In this document: positions 49,144 to 59,398 of the stretch, in pieces | Layout of the letters: the number at the start of each line of letters is the position of its first letter | Numbering within the stretch: the first letter of the stretch is position 1 | Source of the DNA: Heptranchias perlo | Taxonomy: Eukaryota | Assembly: GCF_035084215.1 (NCBI RefSeq) | Contig: NC_090328.1 | Span: forward strand, 30,442,001 to 30,506,000 | DNA length: 64,000 nt | Direction: 5' to 3' | The notes under the pieces: model-generated | The model's input: the letters and a program-made list of their open reading frames with translations, nothing else | What the model was told of the DNA's origin: nothing | The model's database searches: none | Position numbers and translations under genes: made by a program

Positions 49144-51409
49144 TCTTTCTGAATGGCTTACTCTGCTACTTTCAGTTTGTGCTTTTATAACATTTTGTAA
49201 TGTTTTATGCTACACATTTATACTTGAAGTGGTTCTGCTGTTAGTAACCTTTTATTGTTGATTTATCACTAAACAACTTTGTGTACAAAATTAGACTGGC
49301 ATGTTTCAGTTCTCTTACTTGGCTTAAACAACATTTTGCGCATAAAGAACCTGTGGGTGCACCCCAAAATAATGCTGTGAGTCCCTTGGCCTGATGTGAA
49401 CATTGAAACAGCTAGTGTTTCTAGTAGTGATTTTCCCCTTTTGAGATGGCAGGCATCCCTGTCTTGTATATGAAGACTGAACTTCATTCGTAGAATGACG
49501 AAGACTGCCCATGTTAAGTAATTTATTATTTCTTCAAATGCCCTAGTACAGTTGTGCCCAGAAAATCTTGTTGCAGTATTTTCTCTTGTTTGCTGATGTT
49601 TATTGAAGTGGTTTATGACTCTTTTAATATCAAAGGATTACTCCAGGAAGAGTCAAAAATTATACTTGTGACAGTGGTCTGTGCACAGACTAAGCTTTTA
49701 AGGAGAATTCTCAAAGTAAAATATAATTATATACCAGTGGCTGTCCTGCATATCATGATTATTGAGACCATTTAGCATTGCATCAGTACAATGAAAAAAT
49801 ATTAACTTATTTCTGTCATAAGGAATTATAGATAATTAGCTCTGACTCTGCGGATATTTCTTTAAAAGGTTTTTTTAATGAATGGAGTTTATTCATTTTA
49901 ATGTGCGATATTTTCAGTATAGAAAGGGCTTCCTGTAGTAGACAGAAACTTATGGATCAAGACTAGTGTACAATTGTATCTGTGAAGAAACACCAGTATT
50001 AGCAGCCTTTTGTGACCCTTCAGTTTTTTTTTAAAAGGCAAAGCAGGCAGAATGTGCATGACTAAATCAGAGTATAGGGATAGCTAGTTTCTCCTTTGTC
50101 ACCTTTACATACTTTTGACAGTTCTGCCATCAGCCTTAAAAGAAAAATTCAGTGAGCTACAGTTGACAACATGTCTCTTGTTTGCCAGTCACTTGAATTC
50201 TGTGGGAGGGGGACAGATAGGGAAGAGGTGGCATAATAGGATGGAATTGTAAGTTGGTTGACTTGGTTATTGGCATTAATTTAGCTCTTTTTTCCCCCCT
50301 CATCAAAGCAAGACTATTTGTGTTTTGCTGTAGTTGCAATGAAGGTGCCTTTTTCTAATCACATTCTGCAAAGGCTAATGAAAAATGTTAAGTGTAGTAT
50401 ATGGCCTAACCACCCCATCTGCTTCAGTTGGCTTTATCCAAACACCTATTAAATTTGGATCCTCCAGCAATGGCTTTTACTTGACGAGGAATGGTGCATT
50501 TTTCCTGTTACTTACCAGTCATAGCACAAGGCCCCAGTAGATGCAACTTGTCATGTTTTAATGGTGCATACTGTTAAGCAAACTGCAGACCCTTCCAACT
50601 TCAGACAGGAATTATAATGCTTCTAGCACTGTCTTACCTCAGGCCTAAGTTCATGCATTTTAATATTTCATTCAGTGCAAATGAAAACTTTATCAAAACA
50701 GTGAAGCAGCGATCCGCATCCAACAATTTGGGTCCGTTACTGTAGCAAGCGACTTTGTCTGTAATTCGCAGCTATTGAACACCACGCATCTGCTGCAGTC
50801 TAACACACCAGTTCTAAAGAAAATTGTGGACCATTGGTCGTATCTGGGTACCACTCATTATCTGATGTGAAATGTTTCATTTTGTAATTTTTATATTGAT
50901 CGCCCATGGCATTACTTATACATAGTTTGTGGTGTGGGCCAGGCAGCAGAGCATCAGGTGGGGAATGAATTGTGGCTCGGGGAATAGAGCAGGCAGGAAG
51001 GCGAGAGCTGTGGGCATCAACTCCTATGTTCAGTAACTATTTGAGGCGCTCAAAACTAATGTCAACAGACAGCTTGTGTCTTAGATAAAAAGGAAATGTA
51101 ATTTTTTTTAAGGTGTTCAGTGAATGAGCTGTACTCAGAATTTGTACAGTGCTTTTCAGTCTTAATCCAGTAAACTGACTTAAATTTTTGTGTGTATATC
51201 TTGTGCTCACTTTTTTTCAGTGTTCCATTTTAGATGAGTCAACGTCCTTTTTTTTAAAAAGGTAATGTTTTGGTGAAATCAAAACATGGATGTACTCAAA
51301 CATTGGTCTATAATGAATAACATTTCTACTGTAAAGCCACTAGCTGTTCTTTGTACAGGTTACTCATGGTGGAACAGAGGCGAGCCCAGTATGTTTTTTA
51401 ATAATTAAT

Positions 51410-53345
51410 TTTGTGAGTATGGGCATCGCCAGCAAGGCCAGTGTTTATTGCCCATCCCTATTAGCCCTGAGTAGGTGGTAGGCTCCTGCCTTGAATCACT
51501 GCAGTTTGTGTGGTGAAGGTGCTCCAACAATGCTGTTGGGTAGGGAGATCCAGGATTTTGACCCAGTAATGATGAAGGAAGGCAATATGTCCAAGTCTAG
51601 ATGGTGTATGACGTGGAGGGTGACTTGCCCTTCTAGATGGTAGAAGTCTGGGAGGTGCTGTCAAAGAAGCCTTGGAAAGTTGCTGGAGTGCATCCTGTAG
51701 ATAGTACACACTGCAGCCATGGTATGCTGGTGATGGTGGGGGTGGATTTTTAGGCTAGTGGATGAGGTGCCAATCAAGTGGACTGCTTTGTCTTGGATGG
51801 TGTTGAGCTTCTTGAGTGTTTATTGCAACTGCAACCAGGCAAGTGGAGCGTATTCCATCACACTGCTGACATGTGCCTTGTAGGTGGTGGATAGGCTTAG
51901 GGAGCCACTTGCCACAGAATACCCAACCTCTACCCTGCTCTAGTAGCTAATGGCATTTATGTGGCTGGTCCAGTTGAGTTTCTGGTCAGTGGTGACCCCC
52001 AGGATGTTGATGGTGGGAGACTCTGTAATGGCAATGCCATTGAATGTCAAGAGGAGGTGGTTGGGCTCTTGTTGGAGATGGTCATTGCCTGGCACTTTCT
52101 TGTGGCACGGACGTTACTTGCTGCTTATCAGAAGCCTGGATGTTGTCCATGTCTTGTTGCATGAAGGCATGGACTGCATCATCTGAGGAATTGCGAATGG
52201 AGCTGAACACTGCAGTCATCAGTAAACAGCCCCACTCTGACCTTATGATGGCAAGAAAGTCATTGATGAAGCAGCTGAAGATAATTGGGTCTCAGACGCT
52301 GCCCTGAGGAACTCCTGCAGCAATTTGCTGGAATGGAGATGATTGGCCTCCAACAATCTCAACCATCTTCCTTTGTGCCAGGTATGACTCCAGCCACTGG
52401 AGAGATTTCTCAATGATTCTTACTGACTTCAGATTAGTAGGTCTCCTTGGTGCCACACTTTGGTAATGCTGCTTTTTGTCAAGGGCAGTGTCTCATCACC
52501 TCTGGAATTCAGCTCTTGTGTCCATGTTTGGATGAAGGCTATAGTGCGGTAGAGTCAAGTGGTCCTGGCAGAACCCAAACTGAGCATCGGAGAGCAGGTT
52601 ATTTGAGTAAGTGCTGCTTGATAATGCTGTTGACAACTCCATCACTTCACTGATAATTGTGAGTAGGCTGATAGGGTGGTAATTGGCTAGATTGGATTTG
52701 TCCTGCTTTTGTGGACAGAACATACTTGGCAAATTTTGGCGGTTGGATGACCATGTTGTAGCTATACTGGAGCAGCTTAGCTTGGGGTGCCACTAGTTCT
52801 AGAGTTCAGGTCTTCATCACTACAGCCAGGATGTTGTTGGGGCATGTAGCCTTTGCTGTGTCCAGTGCACTCAGCTGTTTCTTGATGTAAGGTGGAGTGC
52901 ATCGACTTGGTTGAAGGCTGTGATGGTGGGGACCTCAGGAAGAAGCTGAGAAGGCCACTCGGCATTTCTGGCAGAAAACAATGGGAAGAGTGACATCACA
53001 GCCTCAAAACGAATCCTGTTCTCATTGATGTCCATTCTTGTCTTTTGCCCTTGCCTACTGGTCTCCGTCATTGTTGAGGATGTTCACGGAGCCTCTTCCT
53101 CCCATTAATTTCTTAATTGTCCACTATCATTAACGACTGGATGTGGCAGGGCTGCAGAGCTTTAACCTGATCTGTTGGTTGTGGGATCGTTTAGCTTTGT
53201 CTATAGCATGCTGCTTTTGCTGTTTAGCATGCATGTAGTCCTGTTGTAGTTTCACTAGGTTGGCACCTCATTTTCAGGTATGCTTGGTGCTGCTCCCGGT
53301 ATGCTCTTCTACACTCTCTACACTTATTGAACCAGGGTTGGTCAT
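51410..53345 (-). mobile_element. Second non-LTR family (CR1/L2-clade-like), degenerate ORF2
   Basis: KQDKSNLANYHPISLLTIISEVME, NLLSDAQFGF; its 3' tail differs from the main CR1 family. Confidence 0.8.
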
Positions 53346-53389
53346 CTGGCTTGAGGGTGATGGAGAATGTTCCTGGTAAAGGACAGGGG

Positions 53390-53645
53390 TAGGGGGAGAC
53401 CATTCAATGATTCCATTGCTATTAAGTGACCCTAGCGGAAGTGAACATGTGGACGTCAATGAAAATAGGATTAGTCTCAAGACTATGATGTTCCCCTTCC
53501 CATTGTTAAATAGCCTGCTGACAATTACTATCATGGGTCATCCATGAAGTAGTAATCATTTAGGAGAGGTAACAGAAGAATACAGGCACCTGTAGACCAA
53601 TACATCAGTATGAATCATCCCAGGAGAGAAGGGGTGATGGGGAGG
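53390..53645 (+). mobile_element. LF-SINE-like SINE, 3' half
   Basis: GTGACCCTAGCGGAAGTG..ATGTGGACGTC...AAATAGCCTGCTGACA...CATGAAG. Confidence 0.55.
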
Positions 53646-53689
53646 AGGTAAAAACAGTCAAGAAATGAACCGTAGACCGTAAGAATGTA

Positions 53690-54401
53690 GGCCCAGAGTT
53701 TCCGCTAGATTGCACTGGCTCTTTCAGCGCAAAACATTGTGGAATTTCGATTTACGCTAAGCGTAATTTGTGCTCGGCATATTTCGAGTTTCTGCGATGT
53801 TTTGTGCTGGCTTTAAAAAAAAATCATGCTGAAGCTAGCCCCGCCCACAAAACTGGCCACACCTCCACTCGAAACAACGAGGATGGTGAGTTTCCATCGA
53901 TTGCGCCAGCCTGTGGCAGTTCAAGGAGGATCTTAAAATTAAGCTCGTTTTCTTAGGCGCAAAGGCAACTAGCAGGCATGGTTTAAACATTTTTAGATAT
54001 TGAAAAATATTAATTTACTAAGGAACTGACTAGTGTACACCAATGAAAATAGGAAATGCTTTGGTATAGTTTGTCATTTTCAGTGACTTTAAATCTGGTT
54101 ACTGACAGGCAGAGGACTGGACAGCTTTATTAAAAATGCTCATTTTTAGTGATCAACCCTCTTTCAGCTGTACTAATAAAAAATTGCACCAGGTTACCAC
54201 GCTTAAATACCTCAATGAATATTTTTTTTGCAATTAAAAATAAACGATTGCATTATGTTAAGCTGCTAAACTGCGTTGATTCATGGCAGAGTTTATGTTT
54301 GTGGTTATATTGATGAATTTTAGCAGAAACTCAGCATAAAATGCACCAGCTCAATTTTTGCGCCCAAGTTCCAATTGCACCCAAAGCAGAAATTCCAAGC
54401 C
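53690..54401. mobile_element. Probable MITE with decayed TIRs
   Basis: GGCCCAGAGTTTCCGCT versus reverse complement of right end GGCTTGGAATTTCTGCT; CpG-rich subterminal GCGCA motifs. Confidence 0.5.
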
Positions 54402-55011
54402 ATAATATTTTTCTAATGCACTTTTTGCCCATATCACTATAATTGTAATAATTTGCAGCTTGAGCACTTGTTGACTATATGATAAGATTTGCTTATAGCC
54501 TGAAATTTATGTACCATGTTGACTGTCCCTCATTTCTTACTAAATTAATTCAACTGCAGCTCGGGCAGTGTGGCTGTAACATTACTTCCCATATGTGTAC
54601 TAACTATTTTTTGCCGATTATAATTTTGGGGAACTTGATTTTTTTTTTGAGGAATTGATATTAGCTGGGCTAGTACACCTGAGAAGAGGAAGAATGAAGG
54701 CATAAATGTTAAATCTATTTCATTATACTGACCAGTATGAGATTGTATAATACTATTCTTCTATTTAATGATTTGTTGAGCACTTATCAGTATTTAATTC
54801 CTCACCACCCCCGCCCCCCCCCCCCCCACCCCGGCCATGAATTTGTACTTATTACTTTACTCCCCTTCCAGGGGTGGGTATCTCCATACACTTTTCTAAG
54901 GGATCATCCATAATTTTCTCATATACAATAAAAATGCATTGTGTAGATTGCAGGAATCTTTTTTCTTTTACACTCCCACAGTCAATTTTCAAATTGTATA
55001 TTTCCTTTTAG

Positions 55012-55145
55012 AAACAGAGTCTGTACACAGAAGAGATGATTCGGATCACTGTTCTTCTGTCTCTGTACCTCAACCACCTGGCAGTTCGGTTGGTCCTATT
55101 CCTGCAACCTCAGATCCTTCAATTCCTTTTGACTCCGATCGGATG
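55012..55145 (+). CDS. POC5: POC5 coding exon 9 (ETESVHRRDD...PQPPGSSVGP...FDSDRM, phase 1-0)
   Basis: Strong pyrimidine tract and tag| acceptor, ATG|gtatgt donor; 134 nt open in phase 1; Ser/Pro-rich and ends in M like the recalled human exon (..SEEM). An alternative in-frame cag lies 6 nt downstream. Confidence 0.75.
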
Positions 55146-55409
55146 GTATGTAGTAGATCTGACTTAATTTAAATGTCATATTTGCTGTTGACATATACAT
55201 TGCTACTCTCCAGTTTTACAGTTAAATTGTGTGTGGTGCAGTAATACAAGGTGCTAGAGAATGACCTTACGATTGCATAGAATGATGCAGCAAAGGTTTT
55301 ATTTCCCCAACTCCACTAAGTTTCCAAACTGTGCCACACTACTGCGGAGGAAGGGATATCAAATTGAGAGTCTTCTAAGAGCAGCCCTTTTCATTGCACT
55401 TTAGCTACT

Positions 55410-55710
55410 GGAACAGAGAAGGATGAGAGGAAACTTAATTGAAGGTTTTTAAATTTATGAAGGCTTTTGATAGGGTGGATAGAGGAAAAACTATTTTCAC
55501 TGGTTACAGAGTCAGTGACTAGGAGTCATGAAAAAGGTTTGGTGAAATTTCTTTGTGCTGAGCATAGAATGCTTTGCCACAGACTATTTGCATCTTTTAA
55601 GGGAAGAGTAGATAAACATTTGAGAAGGAAGATATGGGGGTATGGGGAAGAGAACATGATAGTGGGAATTTTGGATTGCTGTATCACAGCTGGCACACAT
55701 ACTGCACTGT
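55410..55710 (+). mobile_element. Old CR1 3' fragment
   Basis: EEKLFSLVTESVTRSH...FKGRVDKHL. Confidence 0.65.
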
Positions 55711-56369
55711 AAACTTTTGCTATTGCCTTATTCATGGATAAATGCTAAATCCGCGTACTAGCATCTGCAGCTTGAGCCATATTGGATTGATTTAAACTTT
55801 CTATGTAGCCCATGAAGTTCCATAGTATATACTTGGCCCATGAAGACAAAAAATTGAACACTTCTGCCCTATATTGTGCCAGTTGGTTTGTTGCTTTCTG
55901 AAATTGTAAGGGTTTCTGTCATTTTTCTTGTGCTTAACTATTGTCTCATAGATTTGCAAGACTGGAATTAAAAGTTTATTTCCCTTTCTATGTATTCTTA
56001 AATTCTGAATGCTCTTTAACCCACCCCCTTCCCAAAAGAATTCAGTGCCTCTTCTGAAAATCGCCTCCAAAACTACATTGAATTCCTCAGTCTGCACCCT
56101 TATCCTTTGAGTATTTTGCTTTGTCTATAAATGATGGTGGTTTATGATTAGTGGTGCCAAATTGTCCTTTTACATGGGTAATTGAAGAAAAGGGCTAACA
56201 GCTCAACCCATTGACTATTTTGATGCTTTATGTTCAGAAGTTAGGTTTTGTGACCAGATAAAGTGGCAGTTAGGTAATGTAGCCACAGGTACTAACTGAA
56301 GACACATATTTATTGTAATCTATGCCATCGCTGAGTTAATTTATCCAATTTTTTTCCCACTGGATCCTA

Positions 56370-56570
56370 TGTGTCTGGAACGAGCTGCCAGAGGCAGTAG
56401 AGGCGGGTACAATTTTGTCTTTTAAAAAGCATTTGGACAGTTACATGGGTAAGATGGGTATAGAGGGATATGAGCCAAGTGCAGGCAATTGGGACTAGCT
56501 TAGTGGTATAAACTGGGCGACATGGACATGTTGGGCCGAAGGGCTTGTTTCTATGTTGTAACTTCTATGT
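56370..56570 (+). mobile_element. CR1 3' tail
   Basis: TGGAACGAGCTGCCAGAGG...GTTGGGCCGAAGGGCTTGTTTC. Confidence 0.75.
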
Positions 56571-57349
56571 GATTTGCCTCTGATGCCATTCAGTTCTAAG
56601 TCTCCTACCATCAGCATTAATTGCAGTCCAATGTATTGAGCGAGGAGCTCCTTTTTTTTTCTAATCCAAATTTGTACATTTTTTGTATGTTTGGCCTGTT
56701 GAGCTGTAATATTTGGTTTTTAAAAAAGATTTCATGGTTTTTCTGAGATGTGTGCCATGTTCAGTTTTTACAAATTAAGAAGCCACAGACTCTGTCAGAG
56801 GAATTGGTGCTTTCTGATTGAACATGTACAAATTATTCTATGGTGAATTTAGGGTAGGATAAAACTACAAATACTGTCACACATAACCCATATTGAAATA
56901 GTTTGCAAGAAATGCAATGCAAATTGGGCTTAATATTCTTTCCACAGACATTTGCAGAAAACCAAAGTACATTGAGTCTCATTGTTTTTAACCCATGTAG
57001 TCCTTGTCATCTGAGAAGATCTGCCATGTCTCAACTCAGCTCATTAATGCCAGTGTTAAATCCTTGAAGAAATCATCTTCATTGACAGGTGCTTCTGATG
57101 TGACATGGTTATACAAGGCCAATACAATTTATCTGACTGCAATTTGGAAAAAAAAATCTTCATTACCAATATGCTGACCTGAGGCTTTGGTCTTTGCATC
57201 AAAATCGAGTCCTCATCAGAAATATTAAGACCTGATTCCCATCACTCAATAGCACAGCAATCTAATCTACAGAATTGGGAGCATGCTCTCTCTGTAGCCA
57301 ATCTTTGTTCAGATACAAATATTTAGCTCTTTGATTTAAAAGAAGGTAG

Positions 57350-57625
57350 ACCTACATTTACATAGCACCTTATCACATCTCTGAAACATCTCTAAGTGCT
57401 TTACACACAAATTACTGTGAAGTATGGTTCCTATAATGTTGGCAAATTTAAGATTAATTTTTGCATACCAGATCCTGCAAGTAACATCAAGGATCAGTTA
57501 ACCATAGCATCAGTTAACGATAGGACCTCTCTCAGTACTGCCCTGGAATATCTAAATTATGAACCGAGTGAGGCTTGAACCAACAGTCCTCTGACTCAGC
57601 TGAGAGTGCTACCAACTGAGCTAAT
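57350..57625 (-). mobile_element. Degenerate Deu-type SINE
   Basis: Tail TACATTTACATAGCACC and head CTGACTCAG...GAGTGCTACCAACTGAGC. Confidence 0.55.
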
Positions 57626-59398
57626 TTTGAGATCCTCCAAAGGCAATAGGGCTGGGGTAAACACATGGTGAAGATCACTGGAAAAGCAGGTAGTGAGAGA
57701 ATACTCAAAACTCAGCTTTACTTGTCGCAATGAAGAACTTCTGTGTTCTGAAAAGTCTAAATGAGCAGCTATGGAATATTGTAATTCTGCCTGCTAGACT
57801 GAATAGAAAATTCATCTTGATCATAGATTTAGTATAATTGAAAGTCTAATGGGTTGGTTTAAAAACTAGTGGATTGAACTGGGTTGACTTGCTCTATACT
57901 GAAGCAGTTCTCTGCAGCATTGGGGTGATGTTGATGGGTTCATAGTCCTCTCCAAGGTAATGACCAGAGTAGCATCACAGAAGTTTGTGGCACTTAAGCC
58001 AGACCATTGTATTTGTGCCAAAATTATTTCCCGTAGGTGGAGTTTAATTCATAAGCTACTCTATTTTTGCTGTTGTGTTGGAGATATCGGGCTTTCTTTC
58101 AATTTGTCAAGGACGTACATGTCCTCTGATTCCTTTGTGAATTTAATTTTGTTTCTGACTATTTTGGGACAGGATGAATGATTGTGGGTTTAATCTGCTT
58201 ATTTTTGCCAACTTTTTGGATTTATGGCAATAGTTCAAAAACATAAATTGATAAATTGCCCAGCAACTTAGTACATCAGTATTTAAGGAAAAAAACACTG
58301 ACAGAACTTCACACAATTTTTAAAAATTGCCGTTAGCAACTCTACATCTTTGATGTACAGGATCTATCTCATTGAAAACATTTCCCCCTTTTTTGTTCAT
58401 CCACCTACAAAACCTGTTCATCGGGAATCTGGTTGGTTGGGTGACATGGACCGATCAGATCACTGAAAGAGGCAGTTTGACCAATGGGTGCCAAAGTCCT
58501 GTTAAGTCTGACTAGAAGTGACAAACTACCAAGTAGCTCCACAGTTTTAAGTGACAACTCATTGATCAGCCCTTCACTCTTCAACAGCATTTCTCTTTTT
58601 TTAAACTATGTAGTCCTCGCTTGATCTTTTGAAATGGTTCATTAGGAATTTTGCTGAAGTGGCACAAAGTATGCAAACGTAGTCTTAGGTATTGGTATAG
58701 GGATACAGAGAAAACAACGGGAAAGATCCTGTTGTGGGAATAGAGAGAGAGAGATAGAGACCTTATTGACAGGGGTGGTGAGTGTGGCCAATTCAGCTTG
58801 GGTGGAGAAAAAGGCTCCAGGGGAGGCTGCCCTGGTCCCAGATCCCACAAGTAAGAGAAGTGGCTGAAGCTGCGCACGTGGTCCTCCCCCTCTGCAAAAG
58901 GCAGTGTTTCTAATATAAGCAGCAGTGCTTGGTTTAGATCATTCTGTGGTCAGCTTTGTCTGTAATTGTTCCTCCCGCCCCGAGGTACTAAGCTGAATTT
59001 TGATTCAGGGCCGTGGCGCCCCGAAGATCACCTGGAAAGACTTGCTGCCCTTTTCCCACTGTCGCTGTGACAGCGGAGTCTCTCAAACAGCAAAAAAAAA
59101 TGTATCTTGTTCAGCGTGTCTGACACGTGCAGGAACCCATCACCATATTTTGAGTTTAAGTCAAGCCACTGAGCAATCTACACCCACCTATAAGAACATA
59201 AGAACATAAGAACATAAGAAATTGGAGCAGGAGTAGGCCAATCGGCCCCTCGAGCCTGCTCCGCCATTCAATAAGATCATGGCTGATCTGATCCCAACCA
59301 CAAATCTAAAGAACACAAGAAGTCGGAGCAGGACCCGGCCACATAGCCCCTGGGCCCTCTCCGCCACCCACAGGGCATTGACCGATCCGAACTCAGCT

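Noticed and set aside
59014-59031. TGGCGCCCCGAA as a tRNA-Lys primer-binding site
   Set aside because: Only a partial match and no LTR end directly upstream.
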